The translations under genes were made by a program, and so were the position numbers. From assembly GCF_055900595.2 (NCBI RefSeq), contig NZ_CM148325.1: a stretch of DNA of 64,000 bases. The stretch is one strand, 5' to 3'. Below the pieces are notes generated by a model. It was given only the letters and a program-made list of their open reading frames with translations, was not told the origin of the DNA and ran no database searches. Shown here piece by piece: positions 31,934 to 47,346 of this stretch (positions are counted from its first letter, which is position 1; each line of letters opens with the position of its first letter).

Positions 31934-34186
31934 ATGGCAAAAAACACATCTTGCGGTGTCCAACTGCGTATTCGTGGCAAAGTGCAGGGCGTCGGTTTTC
32001 GTCCCTTTGTCTGGCAACTGGCACAGCAATTAAATCTTCACGGCGATGTCTGTAATGACGGCGATGGCGTAGAAGTCCGGCTGCTGGAAGACCCGAAAAC
32101 GTTTCTTGTTCAATTGCATCAGCACTGCCCGCCGCTGGCGCGTATTGATAGCGTCGAATGTGAGCCGTTTATCTGGATGCAGCCGCCCACTGAGTTCACC
32201 ATCCGCCAGAGCGCGGGCGGCGTCATGAATACGCAAATTGTTCCCGATGCCGCAACTTGCCCTGCCTGTCTTGCCGAAATGAATACCCCAGGCGAACGGC
32301 GTTATCGTTATCCGTTTATCAACTGTACCCATTGCGGCCCGCGTTTCACCATTATTCGCGCGATGCCTTACGACCGTCCATTTACCGTGATGGCGGCGTT
32401 TCCGCTATGTCCGGCCTGCGATAAAGAATATCGCGACCCGCTCGATCGTCGCTTCCACGCCCAGCCGGTGGCCTGCCCGGAGTGTGGCCCACATCTTGAA
32501 TGGCTAAGTCCTGGTGAACATGCGAAACAAGATGCGGCATTACAGGCGGCTATCGCTCAGTTAAAAATGGGCAACATTGTCGCTATCAAAGGGATTGGCG
32601 GATTTCATCTCGCCTGCGATGCGCGTAACAGTAACGCGGTGGCGACACTACGGGCGAGCAAACATCGCCCGGCGAAACCGCTGGCGGTTATGTTGCCAAC
32701 GGCAGAAGGTTTACCCGACGCTGCCCGTCAGTTGCTCACCACGCCCGCCGCGCCGATTGTTCTGGTGGATAAAATATATGTTCCGGAACTTTGTGACGAT
32801 ATCGCCCCTGGCCTTAACGAAGTCGGGGTGATGTTGCCTGCGAATCCGCTCCAGCATTTGCTGTTACAGGAACTGCAATGCCCGCTGGTGATGACCTCCG
32901 GCAACCTGAGCGGTAAACCACCGGCTATCAGCAACGAACAGGCGCTGGAGGATTTGCAGGACATTGCCGACGGATTCTTGATTCATAACCGCGACATCGT
33001 GCAGCGGATGGATGATTCAGTGGTGCGCGAAAGTGGCGAAATGTTGCGCCGCTCGCGGGGGTATGTACCGGATGCGCTGGCTTTGCCTCCGGGCTTTAAA
33101 AATATTCCTCCTGTGCTGTGTCTCGGTGCGGATCTGAAAAATACCTTCTGTCTGGTGCGTGGTGAACAGGCGGTGTTGAGTCAACATTTGGGCGATTTAA
33201 GTGACGATGGCATTCAGATGCAGTGGCGCGAAGCGTTGCGCCTGATGCAAAACATCTACGATTTTACTCCACAGTTTGTGGTGCATGATGCGCATCCGGG
33301 CTATGTCTCCAGCCAGTGGGCGCGTGAGATGAATCTGCCGACGCAAACGGTGCTGCATCACCATGCCCACGCGGCGGCGTGTCTGGCAGAACATCACTGG
33401 CCGCTGGATGGCAGTGATGTCATTGCTTTGACGCTCGACGGTATTGGTATGGGCGAAAACGGCGCTTTATGGGGCGGCGAGTGCTTGCGGGTGAACTATC
33501 GCGAATGCCAGCACCTGGGCGGCTTGCCTGCGGTGGCGCTTCCGGGGGGCGATCTTGCGGCAAAGCAGCCGTGGCGAAACCTGCTGGCGCAGTGCCTGCG
33601 CTTTGTGCCGGAGTGGCAGAATTACCCTGAAACGGTAAGTGTGCAACAGCAAAACTGGAGCGTGCTGGCGCGGGCCATTGAGCGTGGAATTAACGCGCCG
33701 CTGGCGTCATCGTGTGGGCGTTTGTTCGATGCTGTGGCGGCGGCACTGGGCTGTGCGCCAGCCACGTTAAGTTATGAAGGTGAAGCGGCTTGTGCCCTCG
33801 AGGCGCTGGCGGCTTCGTGCCAGGGAGTAACGCATCCGGTGACGATGCCGCTGGTGGACAATCAACTGGATCTCGCCACTTTCTGGCAGCAGTGGCTGAA
33901 CTGGCAGGCACCGGTTAATCAACGCGCGTGGGCATTTCATGATGCGCTGGCGCAGGGTTTTGCCGCGTTGATGCGTGAGCAGGCCACGATGCGTGGTATC
34001 ACTACGCTGGTATTTAGCGGCGGGGTTATTCATAACCGTTTGCTGCGTGCACGTCTGGCGCATTATCTTGCTGACTTTACGTTGCTCTTCCCGCAGAGTT
34101 TACCTGCGGGGGATGGCGGGTTGTCTCTGGGGCAGGGGGTTATTGCTGCGGCCCGTTGGGTGGCGGGTGAAGCCCAGAACGGATAA
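31934..34186 (+). CDS. hypF: carbamoyltransferase HypF (hydrogenase maturation)
   Basis: ORF 31862..34186 trimmed to [27 protein letters not shown]... (750 aa); acylphosphatase, Zn-finger CxxC pairs, YrdC and Kae1-like domains. Confidence 0.93.
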   Translation: MAKNTSCGVQLRIRGKVQGVGFRPFVWQLAQQLNLHGDVCNDGDGVEVRLLEDPKTFLVQLHQHCPPLARIDSVECEPFIWMQPPTEFTIRQSAGGVMNTQIVPDAATCPACLAEMNTPGERRYRYPFINCTHCGPRFTIIRAMPYDRPFTVMAAFPLCPACDKEYRDPLDRRFHAQPVACPECGPHLEWLSPGEHAKQDAALQAAIAQLKMGNIVAIKGIGGFHLACDARNSNAVATLRASKHRPAKPLAVMLPTAEGLPDAARQLLTTPAAPIVLVDKIYVPELCDDIAPGLNEVGVMLPANPLQHLLLQELQCPLVMTSGNLSGKPPAISNEQALEDLQDIADGFLIHNRDIVQRMDDSVVRESGEMLRRSRGYVPDALALPPGFKNIPPVLCLGADLKNTFCLVRGEQAVLSQHLGDLSDDGIQMQWREALRLMQNIYDFTPQFVVHDAHPGYVSSQWAREMNLPTQTVLHHHAHAAACLAEHHWPLDGSDVIALTLDGIGMGENGALWGGECLRVNYRECQHLGGLPAVALPGGDLAAKQPWRNLLAQCLRFVPEWQNYPETVSVQQQNWSVLARAIERGINAPLASSCGRLFDAVAAALGCAPATLSYEGEAACALEALAASCQGVTHPVTMPLVDNQLDLATFWQQWLNWQAPVNQRAWAFHDALAQGFAALMREQATMRGITTLVFSGGVIHNRLLRARLAHYLADFTLLFPQSLPAGDGGLSLGQGVIAAARWVAGEAQNG

Positions 34187-34204
34187 ACGTGTTGCATTTG
34201 GGCG

Positions 34205-34295
34205 CAGTGCCGGATGCGGCGTGAACGCCTTATCCGGCCTACACATGCGCTTCCCGTAGGTCGGATAAGACGCGCCAGCGTCGCATCCGACATTT
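34205..34295. repeat. BIME (pair of REP elements) between hypF and norW
   Basis: gccggatgcggcgtgaacgccttatccggcctaca ... gtaggtcggataagacgcgccagcgtcgcatccgaca. Confidence 0.8.
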
Positions 34296-34312
34296 TGGGC
34301 ACACTAGCCCGC

Positions 34313-35446
34313 CTACATCGGCAAGGTTTTCAACAATCCAAACGCCTCTTTCATCCGATCCTCACTGACTACAAAGGCGCGAAGCTGGTCGGCATCGTCA
34401 ACGCCGCGCGCCACCATTCCCTGGCTTTCGGTACAAATCTGCCAGCGCAAATCCCGACGCTGGGTTTCGCCTGCCAGATGCAGCGGTAATTCCGGCGTTT
34501 TGATTTTCACCAGCATCGCCGGGAGTTTCAGCGGCGTGTTATTGCCGAGAAGATTTTTTGCCAGCACCATCGCGCTAAGTTGAATCGGCTGGAGGAACGG
34601 CAATACCTGACCGTTAATTTCCGCGCAATCGCCCAGCGCATAAATATCGGCATTACTGGTTTGCAGATAACTATCGACGCAAACGCCGCGATTAATCGTC
34701 AGCCCTGCACGTCGTGCCAGGGCGGTTTCCGGGCGCAGTCCGGTGGCGGCAATTACCGCATCCACTTCGATGCTGCGCTGGCGGTCCAGCGTTGCCAGAA
34801 TGCCAGAATCCGTTTTTTCCAGCCCCTGCAACTGAGATTTCAACAGCAGATGAACGCCCATCTCCGTCAACCGATGCTGTAAGCGACTGCTTACTTCCGG
34901 TGGCATTAACGACGCCAGAATACTGGCAGCGTTGTCGATTAGCGTGACCGCTTTGCCTGCCCGACAAAAATCCATCGCCAGTTCGCTACCAATCAAACCA
35001 CCGCCTACAATCAACACCCGTCGGGCATCCCTCAGTTGTGTTTCACAGGCGCGATACTCTTGCTGACTATTTAACGTCAGCATTAACTCACGCCCAGGCA
35101 CCGGCGGGACAAAGGCGTTGGCACCGGTTGCCAGCACTAGCTTGTCGTATTGCCACTGATTATTCTGGCTTTTCACCACATGGGCTTCGGCATCGATATC
35201 CGTCACCCAGGTGTGCGGAAACAGGCGCAGATTAAACTGCTCGGCAAATTCACCCGCCGTCTGGCGGGTAAGGTCGTCGGCACGTTGCCCCTGACTGATC
35301 ACATGGCTAAGATCAGGTTTGTTGTACTCATCCATGCTGTCGGCGGCAATCAGGGTCAATGGAATACCGGTATCCTGTTTACGAATATTTTTCACCAGTT
35401 GGCGGGCGGCGAAGCCTGAACCAATGATCACAATGCCGTTGCTCAT
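34313..35446 (-). CDS. norW: NADH:flavorubredoxin reductase NorW
   Basis: 377 aa; FAD/NAD GxGxxG motifs. Confidence 0.93.
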   Translation of the reverse strand: MSNGIVIIGSGFAARQLVKNIRKQDTGIPLTLIAADSMDEYNKPDLSHVISQGQRADDLTRQTAGEFAEQFNLRLFPHTWVTDIDAEAHVVKSQNNQWQYDKLVLATGANAFVPPVPGRELMLTLNSQQEYRACETQLRDARRVLIVGGGLIGSELAMDFCRAGKAVTLIDNAASILASLMPPEVSSRLQHRLTEMGVHLLLKSQLQGLEKTDSGILATLDRQRSIEVDAVIAATGLRPETALARRAGLTINRGVCVDSYLQTSNADIYALGDCAEINGQVLPFLQPIQLSAMVLAKNLLGNNTPLKLPAMLVKIKTPELPLHLAGETQRRDLRWQICTESQGMVARGVDDADQLRAFVVSEDRMKEAFGLLKTLPM

Positions 35447-36882
35447 TTTGCCTCCGATGCCAGTTCGTCAAAGACGTCTTTGCCGAGAGAGCATTCCGGG
35501 CACAGGAAGTTATCCGGGACTTCACTCCACGGCGTTCCTGGCGCAACGTCCTGCATTGGCTCGCCTTTTGCCGGATCGTAAATCCACTGGCAGACACTGC
35601 ACTGCATCCGTGGGCCGAGGTCAGCCGTCGTGGTGGCACAGGTTTCTTCTTTAACCACCGTATTCACCGTGCTCTGTGGCAGCGGCGAAAGCGCCCACTG
35701 ACGGGCAATTTCACGACCGTGTTCACGGCATAACTCCAGCGCGTCCTGGTCCGGTCGCCATTTGGCTTTCAGGCTAAGCGACATTTCGAAACCTGCATCC
35801 TGCAGGCGTGTGGAAAGACGATCCACCGCACCGCCGCTCCAGCCGTGAGAGCCGAAAGCACTGGCGCGTTTGTTACGGAAGCGTAATCCGGTCATCTCCT
35901 CCACCAGCCCGGCGATTTTCGGCATCATCACGTTATTCATCGTCGACGTGCCGACCAGCACGCCTTTTGAGCGGAAGACATTGGTCAGGATTTCGTTTTT
36001 ATCGCTTCGGGCAACGTTGAAAATTTTCACCGCCACGCGTGGGTCGGTTTCCGCAATACCCTGGGCGATAGCATCGGCCATCATGCGGGTATTATTCGAC
36101 ATGGTGTCGTAGAAAATGGTGATTCTGTCTTCCTGATAATCCGCCGCCCATTTCAGGTACAGCTCGACAATTTGCGTCGGGTTATCGCGCCATACCACGC
36201 CGTGAGAGGTCGCTATCATATCGACCGGCAAGTTAAAGCCCAGGATCTCGGTGATTTTCGGCGTTACCAGGCGGCTGAACGGTGTCAGGATATTGGCGTA
36301 GTAACGCTGACACTGCTCGAAAAGCTCGGTCTGATCCACTTCATCGTTGAAGAGATGCTCGTCGCAGTAGTGCTGACCGAAAGCATCGTTACTGAACAGC
36401 ACCGCGTCGCCCGTCAGGTAAGTCATCATGCTGTCCGGCCAGTGCAGCATTGGCGTTTCGACAAAAATGAGTTGTTTGCCGTTGCCGATATCCAGCGTGT
36501 CGCCGGTTTTCACCACGTTGAAATTCCACTCCGGATGATGGTGATGACCATTTATTGAGTCGATAGCGTTGGCAGTACAATAGATCGGCGTATCGGGAAT
36601 TTGCGCCATCAGTTCGGTCAGCGCCCCGGCGTGGTCCTCTTCAGCATGGTTAATCACGATGTAATCGATATCCGCCAGATCGATTTCATTACGCAGGTTC
36701 TGCACAAATTCGCGGCTGAATTTATGGTCGACGGTGTCGATCAGTACGTTTTTTTCTTCGCGGATGAGGTAGCTGTTGTAACTGCTGCCGCGCAGCGTTT
36801 TATATTCTGTACCGTGAAAATCACGCACTTCCCAGTCACGTTGACCAACCCAATGAATGTTATTTTTCACCACAATAGACAT
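35443..36882 (-). CDS. norV: anaerobic nitric oxide reductase flavorubredoxin NorV
   Basis: 479 aa; metallo-beta-lactamase + flavodoxin + C-terminal rubredoxin CxxC...CxxC. Confidence 0.94.
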   Translation of the reverse strand: MSIVVKNNIHWVGQRDWEVRDFHGTEYKTLRGSSYNSYLIREEKNVLIDTVDHKFSREFVQNLRNEIDLADIDYIVINHAEEDHAGALTELMAQIPDTPIYCTANAIDSINGHHHHPEWNFNVVKTGDTLDIGNGKQLIFVETPMLHWPDSMMTYLTGDAVLFSNDAFGQHYCDEHLFNDEVDQTELFEQCQRYYANILTPFSRLVTPKITEILGFNLPVDMIATSHGVVWRDNPTQIVELYLKWAADYQEDRITIFYDTMSNNTRMMADAIAQGIAETDPRVAVKIFNVARSDKNEILTNVFRSKGVLVGTSTMNNVMMPKIAGLVEEMTGLRFRNKRASAFGSHGWSGGAVDRLSTRLQDAGFEMSLSLKAKWRPDQDALELCREHGREIARQWALSPLPQSTVNTVVKEETCATTTADLGPRMQCSVCQWIYDPAKGEPMQDVAPGTPWSEVPDNFLCPECSLGKDVFDELASEAK

Positions 36883-36928
36883 AGCAACCTCAATTTATTC
36901 AGCGTGTTCTAAAAAGATGTCTTGCTAA

Positions 36929-36946
36929 TTGCAGATTGCGTGCCAG
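36929..36946 (-). promoter_or_regulatory. sigma54 promoter of norVW
   Basis: Minus-strand TGGCACGCAATCTGCAA (TGGCAC-N5-CTGCA), ~45 nt upstream of norV start. Confidence 0.7.
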
Positions 36947-37000
36947 TTTTTTATCTAATTGTTTTTAATCTATAAATTAATTTATGCTCATTAATGAGTA

Positions 37001-37056
37001 GTCAAAATGACTATCAATAAAATGGTCGATATGACAATATCTATAGTCAAATTGAC
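37001..37056. promoter_or_regulatory. three NorR binding sites (GT-N7-AC)
   Basis: GTCAAAATGAC (37001-37011), GTCGATATGAC (37025-37035), GTCAAATTGAC (37046-37056) in norR-norV divergent region. Confidence 0.8.
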
Positions 37057-37068
37057 AGTGAGGCAAAG

Positions 37069-38583
37069 ATGAGTTTTTCCGTTGATGTGCTGGCGAATAT
37101 CGCCATCGAATTGCAGCGTGGGATTGGTCATCAGGATCGTTTTCAGCGCCTGATCACCACGCTGCGTCAGGTGCTGGAGTGCGATGCGTCTGCGTTGCTA
37201 CGTTACGACTCGCGGCAGTTTATTCCGCTTGCCATCGACGGGCTGGCGAAGGATGTACTCGGTAGACGCTTTGCGCTGGAAGGTCATCCACGGCTGGAAG
37301 CGATTGCCCGCGCCGGGGACGTGGTGCGTTTTCCCGCAGACAGCGAATTGCCCGATCCTTATGACGGTTTGATTCCCGGGCAGGAGAGTCTGAAGGTTCA
37401 CGCCTGCGTTGGTCTGCCGTTATTTGCCGGACAAAACCTGATCGGTGCATTGACACTCGACGGGATGCAGCCCGATCAGTTCGATGTTTTCAGCGACGAA
37501 GAGTTACGGCTGATTGCCGCGCTGGCGGCGGGAGCGTTAAGCAATGCGTTGCTGATTGAACAGCTGGAAAGTCAGAATATGCTGCCGGGCGATGCCGCGC
37601 CGTTTGAAGCGCTGAAAGAGACGCAGATGATCGGCCTGTCGCCAGGCATGACGCAATTGAAAAAAGAGATTGAGATTGTGGCGGCGTCCGATCTCAACGT
37701 CCTAATCAGTGGTGAGACGGGAACGGGTAAGGAGCTGGTGGCGAAAGCGATTCATGAAGCCTCGCCACGGGCGGTGAATCCGTTAGTCTATCTCAACTGT
37801 GCCGCACTGCCGGAAAGTGTGGCGGAAAGTGAGTTGTTTGGGCACGTGAAAGGGGCGTTTACTGGCGCTATCAGTAACCGCAGTGGGAAGTTTGAAATGG
37901 CGGATAACGGCACGCTGTTTCTGGATGAGATCGGCGAGTTGTCGTTGGCATTGCAGGCCAAGCTGCTGCGGGTGTTGCAGTATGGCGATATTCAGCGCGT
38001 TGGCGATGACCGCAGTTTGCGGGTCGATGTGCGCGTGCTGGCGGCGACTAACCGCGACTTGCGCGAAGAGGTGCTGGCAGGGCGATTTCGTGCTGACTTG
38101 TTTCATCGCCTGAGTGTGTTTCCGCTTTCGGTGCCGCCGCTGCGTGAGCGGGGTGATGACGTCATTCTGCTGGCGGGGTATTACTGCGAACAGTGCCGCC
38201 TGCGGTTGGGGCTTTCCCGCGTGGTGTTAAGTTCCGGGGCGCGGAATTTATTGCAACATTATAGTTTCCCGGGGAACGTGCGCGAACTGGAACATGCTAT
38301 TCATCGGGCGGTGGTGCTGGCGAGAGCGACCCGCAGCGGCGATGAAGTGATTCTCGAGGCGCAACATTTTGCTTTTCCTGAGGTGACGTTGCCGCCGCCA
38401 GAAGCGGCGGCGGTGCCTATTGTTAAGCAAAACCTGCGTGAAGCGACAGAAGCGTTCCAGCGTGAAACTATTCGCCAGGCGCTGGCACAAAATCATCACA
38501 ACTGGGCTGCCAGCGCACGGATGCTGGAAACCGACGTCGCCAACCTGCATCGGCTGGCGAAACGTCTGGGGCTGAAGGATTAA
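37069..38583 (+). CDS. norR: nitric oxide-responsive sigma54 activator NorR
   Basis: 504 aa; GAF + AAA+ ([14 protein letters not shown]) + HTH. Confidence 0.94.
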   Translation: MSFSVDVLANIAIELQRGIGHQDRFQRLITTLRQVLECDASALLRYDSRQFIPLAIDGLAKDVLGRRFALEGHPRLEAIARAGDVVRFPADSELPDPYDGLIPGQESLKVHACVGLPLFAGQNLIGALTLDGMQPDQFDVFSDEELRLIAALAAGALSNALLIEQLESQNMLPGDAAPFEALKETQMIGLSPGMTQLKKEIEIVAASDLNVLISGETGTGKELVAKAIHEASPRAVNPLVYLNCAALPESVAESELFGHVKGAFTGAISNRSGKFEMADNGTLFLDEIGELSLALQAKLLRVLQYGDIQRVGDDRSLRVDVRVLAATNRDLREEVLAGRFRADLFHRLSVFPLSVPPLRERGDDVILLAGYYCEQCRLRLGLSRVVLSSGARNLLQHYSFPGNVRELEHAIHRAVVLARATRSGDEVILEAQHFAFPEVTLPPPEAAAVPIVKQNLREATEAFQRETIRQALAQNHHNWAASARMLETDVANLHRLAKRLGLKD

Positions 38584-39545
38584 ATAATCCCGGCCTGATA
38601 GAAATCCTGCAGGTTAATTGCGCCGGTAAGTTTGCCATTTTCATCCACCACTGGTGCGGCGGTGATTTTGCGCTTCATCAGAACTTCTTTGGCGTCGATG
38701 GCGCGACTTTGCGATAGCAACGTCGTGCCGCCTGCCGTCATCGCTTCATTAACTGGCGTGGTGAGTGCACCGCCGCCAACCAGCCAGCGACGTAAATCCC
38801 CGTCGGTAAAGACGCCTTTCACCAGCCGTTGATCGTCGCACACGGCTACCAGTCCCAGACCGGTGCGACTAAGTTCCAGCATCGCATCCATCACGCTGGC
38901 GGTTAACGCCACCTGCGGGATGGTGTCATCACGGCGCATCAGATGATGCACTTTGTTCAGCAAGCGAGCGCCCAGAGCCCCAGCTGGGTGGGAGCGGGCA
39001 AAATCTTCTTCATTAAATCCGCGCGCCTGCATGACCGCCATCGCCAGCGCGTCGCCCATCATCAGGGTATTGACGGTGCTGGAGGTCGGCGCAAGGTGCA
39101 TCGGGCAGGCTTCGCGTTCTACAGAGATATCCAGCACCGCTTTCGCCGCCAGGCCCAGCGGTGATGTCGGTTTACCGGTCATCGCCAGCAGCGCGATAGA
39201 TTTGTCTTCCAGACGCGGAATAATCAGATCCAGTTCCTTTGCGCCACCGGAGTAAGAGATAAACAGCATCACATCGCGGCTTTCAATCATCCCCAGATCG
39301 CCGTGCAGTGCTTCTGCCGGATGGACAAAAAAAGCAGGCGTGCCGGTACTGGCAAGCGTTGCGGCGATTTTCTTACCAATGTGGCCCGATTTGCCAATTC
39401 CCGAAACCACCACTTTGCCTTCGCAGTGCAGGATGATATTGGCGGCGCGAACAAAATCATCGCCCAGACGTTCTGGTAAACGGCTTGCTTCCTGCAACTC
39501 CAGCATTAACGTCTGACGCCCCGCGTTCAGTAGTGCTTCACTCAT
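38580..39545 (-). CDS. gutQ: arabinose-5-phosphate isomerase GutQ
   Basis: 321 aa SIS + CBS-pair protein at end of srl operon. Confidence 0.92.
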   Translation of the reverse strand: MSEALLNAGRQTLMLELQEASRLPERLGDDFVRAANIILHCEGKVVVSGIGKSGHIGKKIAATLASTGTPAFFVHPAEALHGDLGMIESRDVMLFISYSGGAKELDLIIPRLEDKSIALLAMTGKPTSPLGLAAKAVLDISVEREACPMHLAPTSSTVNTLMMGDALAMAVMQARGFNEEDFARSHPAGALGARLLNKVHHLMRRDDTIPQVALTASVMDAMLELSRTGLGLVAVCDDQRLVKGVFTDGDLRRWLVGGGALTTPVNEAMTAGGTTLLSQSRAIDAKEVLMKRKITAAPVVDENGKLTGAINLQDFYQAGII

Positions 39546-40311
39546 TGCTCTCTCCGGTTATGATCACATCGATCCCTTTCTCTTCCAGCGCCTGACGAAA
39601 CGCCGGATCGATACCTGCGTCGGTAATCAGCTTATCGACGCTTTCAAGACTACAAACCACGTTGGGGCTTTTACGGCCAAACTTCGATGAGTCAGCCATC
39701 AAAATCACTTCGCGCGCGGCATTACACATCGCTTTACTGACGGTATAGACCTCGTTGAAGGTGGTTACGCCTGCATTGAGATCGATGCCATCGGTGCCCA
39801 TAAACAATTTATCGAAGCTGAAATGTTCGAAGGCGTTCTCTGCCAGCTGCCCGTGAAATGAGGCCGATTTTTTACGAAATGTGCCGCCTGGCATCAGGAT
39901 AGTTTGTTCGTTATCCAGTTCGGATAGCGCATTGACGATGTGCAGGCTGTTGGTCATCACCGTGATGTTATTAAAGCGCGAGAGCAGGGGCACCATCTGT
40001 AATACAGTACTTCCAGCATCAAGAATGATTGAATCGCCATCATGAATAAAACTGACGGCAGCTTCTGCAATCAGCTCTTTCTTGTGGGTGTTGATGAGTG
40101 TTTTATGATCGATAGGCGGATCGGATTCCTCTTTATTCAACACCACTCCGCCATAAGTACGAATGACGGTTCCTGCATGTTCCAGAATGACCAGATCTTT
40201 GCGAATGGTTGTGCCTGTGGTGTCAAAGTATTGCGCCAATTCTTCAACCGAGCATTTCCCCTGCTTTTGCAGGTACTCCAGAATGGCGGCCTGACGCTGA
40301 CGAGGTTTCAT
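39538..40311 (-). CDS. srlR: DeoR-family glucitol operon repressor
   Basis: 257 aa DeoR HTH + sugar-binding domain. Confidence 0.92.
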   Translation of the reverse strand: MKPRQRQAAILEYLQKQGKCSVEELAQYFDTTGTTIRKDLVILEHAGTVIRTYGGVVLNKEESDPPIDHKTLINTHKKELIAEAAVSFIHDGDSIILDAGSTVLQMVPLLSRFNNITVMTNSLHIVNALSELDNEQTILMPGGTFRKKSASFHGQLAENAFEHFSFDKLFMGTDGIDLNAGVTTFNEVYTVSKAMCNAAREVILMADSSKFGRKSPNVVCSLESVDKLITDAGIDPAFRQALEEKGIDVIITGESNE

Positions 40312-40377
40312 GGGCGTGATTACCTGATTTAGGTTTCAAAATGATAACTTCGCAAGCTAGTAACATTCACAACGAAA

Positions 40378-40737
40378 TTATCCACGTTTCAGTTTAAGCG
40401 CCAATGATAGAGCATTCTGTGATAGTGGATCATGGGGAAAGATCACATCGGGCTGTAAATCAGCAGAATGCATGCCCGTAATTGCGGGAATTTTTTGCGG
40501 TCGGGCGAAGACAGTCAGTCCTTTCATAAACAAGGTGTCGACGATGCGCTGCTGATCGTCCAGGGCGATGGCGACCACGACCCGCGGTTTAAAGCGCCCG
40601 CTGGAACGGCCCACGCCAACCCGCCCTTGCTGGCAAAGTGCGTCGAAGGCGCGGTTAAAACGAGAAATTTGCCAGCCGCCTAAGGCCAGTTGCGCACACC
40701 AGGCGATAACGGCGACGGTGATGAGTGTGGATACCAT
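40378..40737 (-). CDS. srlM: glucitol operon activator GutM
   Basis: 119 aa, conserved position between srlD and srlR. Confidence 0.88.
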   Translation of the reverse strand: MVSTLITVAVIAWCAQLALGGWQISRFNRAFDALCQQGRVGVGRSSGRFKPRVVVAIALDDQQRIVDTLFMKGLTVFARPQKIPAITGMHSADLQPDVIFPHDPLSQNALSLALKLKRG

Positions 40738-40842
40738 AACTTTTCCTTAATGTAGCGGCGGAAGTCCTGTAGGCCTGATCAACGTAGCGCATCAGGCATT
40801 CTATTAGTCTCGCGGAGATCCTTAACGGATCTCCGCTGTTGA

Positions 40843-41997
<1,155 letters not shown>

Positions 41998-42007
41998 GTT
42001 TCAGCCT

Positions 42008-43545
<1,538 letters not shown>

Positions 43546-43782
43546 TTATTGTTTTATTACCAAACGGCAACCTAATCTAATCAGATTGAAAGATTTAAAA
43601 GTGTTATTTTGATCGCAAAATGAAAGATAAATATTTTAATTTGAAAGTTTGTATAAAAGGATAGTGAGGCGGATGAGTTGAGTTATGTAAAGTCCGTATC
43701 GGGCAGTGACTACCGCTTCCTTGTGCGGGGCGTGATGCTTTACCATACTTGCCCCTGGTTGAATCTGTTAAATGGACCCCTC

Positions 43783-44868
43783 ATGTTCAAGCGTCGTTAT
43801 GTAACATTGCTTCCCCTTTTTGTGTTGCTTGCCGCCTGTAGCAGCAAGCCAAAATCTACTGAGACTGAAACGACCACCGGAACGCCGTCTGGCGGCTTCC
43901 TGCTTGAGCCGCAGCACAATGTGATGCAGATGGGCGGCGATTTCGCTAACAACCCGAATGCCCAGCAGTTCATCGACAAAATGGTGAACAAACACGGTTT
44001 CAATCGTCAGCAGTTGCAGGAAATTCTCTCCCAGGCGAAACGTCTGGATTCGGTATTGCGGCTGATGGATAACCAGGCACCAACCACATCGGTGAAGCCG
44101 CCATCAGGTCCGAACGGCGCATGGCTGCGTTATCGCAAAAAATTTATTACGCCGGACAACGTGCAAAACGGCGTGGTTTTCTGGAATCAGTATGAAGACG
44201 CGTTGAATCGTGCGTGGCAGGTGTATGGTGTACCGCCGGAAATTATCGTCGGGATTATCGGCGTCGAAACTCGCTGGGGACGCGTGATGGGGAAAACTCG
44301 TATCCTCGATGCGCTGGCAACGTTGTCATTTAACTACCCACGCCGCGCGGAGTATTTCTCTGGTGAGCTGGAAACCTTCTTGCTGATGGCGCGCGACGAG
44401 CAGGACGATCCGCTCAATCTGAAAGGCTCTTTTGCCGGTGCGATGGGCTACGGTCAGTTTATGCCATCGTCTTATAAACAATATGCAGTGGATTTTAGCG
44501 GCGACGGGCATATCAACCTGTGGGATCCGGTTGATGCCATCGGTAGTGTGGCGAACTATTTTAAAGCGCACGGCTGGGTGAAAGGTGATCAGGTTGCGGT
44601 GATGGCAAACGGTCAGGCTCCAGGCTTACCGAATGGCTTCAAAACCAAGTACAGCATTTCACAACTTGCTGCAGCTGGACTAACGCCACAGCAGCCGCTG
44701 GGCAATCATCAGCAGGCCAGCTTACTGCGCCTGGATGTTGGCACCGGTTATCAGTACTGGTACGGTTTGCCGAACTTCTACACTATCACCCGTTACAATC
44801 ACAGCACCCATTACGCAATGGCCGTCTGGCAGTTAGGACAAGCCGTGGCACTGGCGCGCGTGCAGTAA
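43783..44868 (+). CDS. mltB: membrane-bound lytic murein transglycosylase B (lipoprotein)
   Basis: ORF 43678..44868 trimmed to MFKRRYVTLLPLFVLLAACSS... (361 aa), lipobox LAAC. Confidence 0.9.
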   Translation: MFKRRYVTLLPLFVLLAACSSKPKSTETETTTGTPSGGFLLEPQHNVMQMGGDFANNPNAQQFIDKMVNKHGFNRQQLQEILSQAKRLDSVLRLMDNQAPTTSVKPPSGPNGAWLRYRKKFITPDNVQNGVVFWNQYEDALNRAWQVYGVPPEIIVGIIGVETRWGRVMGKTRILDALATLSFNYPRRAEYFSGELETFLLMARDEQDDPLNLKGSFAGAMGYGQFMPSSYKQYAVDFSGDGHINLWDPVDAIGSVANYFKAHGWVKGDQVAVMANGQAPGLPNGFKTKYSISQLAAAGLTPQQPLGNHQQASLLRLDVGTGYQYWYGLPNFYTITRYNHSTHYAMAVWQLGQAVALARVQ

Positions 44869-45012
44869 CTATTTGCAAGAGGGGGGCGTGAGCTTCCCTC
44901 TGGCTAATCAGCTTTTTTCTGAATCCTCCTCGTAAAATTGCAACGCCAACACCATCTTCCTGACGAAAGTGCTATCTTGTCCGACATAAATTTTTGACTG
45001 ACAGAGGTTGTG

Positions 45013-45506
45013 ATGACTGACAGTGAACTGATGCAGTTAAGCGAACAGGTTGGGCAGGCGCTGAAAGCCCGTGGCGCAACCGTAACAACTGCCGAGTCTT
45101 GTACCGGCGGTTGGGTAGCGAAAGTGATTACCGATATTGCCGGTAGTTCCGCCTGGTTTGAACGCGGATTTGTCACCTACAGTAACGAAGCCAAAGCGCA
45201 GATGATCGGCGTACGCGAAGAGACGCTGGCGCAGCACGGCGCGGTGAGCGAACCCGTCGTGGTGGAAATGGCGATAGGCGCACTGAAAGCGGCTCGTGCT
45301 GATTATGCTGTGTCTGTCAGCGGTATCGCCGGGCCGGATGGCGGCAGTGAAGAGAAACCTGTCGGCACTGTCTGGTTTGCTTTTGCCACTGCCCGCGGCG
45401 AAGGCATTACCCGCCGGGAATGCTTCAGCGGTGACCGTGATGCGGTGCGTCGTCAGGCTACTGCGTATGCATTGCAAACCTTGTGGCAACAATTTCTACA
45501 AAACAC

Positions 45507-45510
<4 letters not shown>
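45013..45510 (+). CDS. pncC: NMN amidohydrolase PncC (CinA-like C-terminal domain)
   Basis: ~165 aa ORF immediately upstream of recA. Confidence 0.88.
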
Positions 45511-46651
<1,141 letters not shown>

Positions 46652-46670
46652 TCGTCTTGTTTGATACACA

Positions 46671-46700
46671 AGGGTCGCATCTGCGGCCCTTTTGCTTTTT
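46671..46700 (+). terminator. terminator/attenuator hairpin between recA and recX
   Basis: aagggtcgcatctgcggcccttttgcttttt: stem plus T-run. Confidence 0.6.
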
Positions 46701-46718
46701 AAGTTGTAAGGGTATGCC

Positions 46719-47219
46719 ATGACAGAATCAACATCCCGTCGCCCGGCATATGCTCGCCTGTTGGATCGTGCGGTACGCATTCTGGCGGTGCGCGATCACA
46801 GTGAGCAAGAAGTGCGACGTAAACTCGCGGCACCGATCATGGGCAAAAATGGCCCGGAAGAGATTGATGCCACGGCAGAGGATTACGAGCGTGTTATTGC
46901 CTGGTGCCATGAACATGGCTATCTCGATGACAGCCGATTTGTTGCGCGCTTTATCGCCAGCCGTAGCCGCAAAGGTTATGGACCTGCGCGTATTCGTCAG
47001 GAACTGAATCAGAAAGGTATTTCCCGCGAAGCGACAGAAAAAGCGATGCGTGAATGTGACATCGACTGGTGTGCACTGGCGCGCGATCAGGCGACGCGAA
47101 AATATGGCGAACCTTTGCCAACTGTCTTTTCAGAAAAAGTTAAGATCCAGCGTTTTCTGCTCTATCGCGGCTATCTGATGGAGGATATCCAGGATATTTG
47201 GCGAAATTTTGCCGACTGA
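46719..47219 (+). CDS. recX: RecA regulator RecX
   Basis: 166 aa, immediately downstream of recA. Confidence 0.93.
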   Translation: MTESTSRRPAYARLLDRAVRILAVRDHSEQEVRRKLAAPIMGKNGPEEIDATAEDYERVIAWCHEHGYLDDSRFVARFIASRSRKGYGPARIRQELNQKGISREATEKAMRECDIDWCALARDQATRKYGEPLPTVFSEKVKIQRFLLYRGYLMEDIQDIWRNFAD

Positions 47220-47346
47220 ACGCATACGGTATTTTACTTCCCAGTCAAGAAAACTTATCTTATTCCCACTTTTCAGTTACCAGCCCGGCGGTTAAGACAC
47301 GCTGTAGCTGGTGGCGATATTTCGTTAGCTTGATTTCAGGATAATT

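Noticed and set aside
34313-35654. Plus-strand ORFs (65-111 aa) across norW/norV
   Set aside because: Antisense to flavorubredoxin reductase and norV genes
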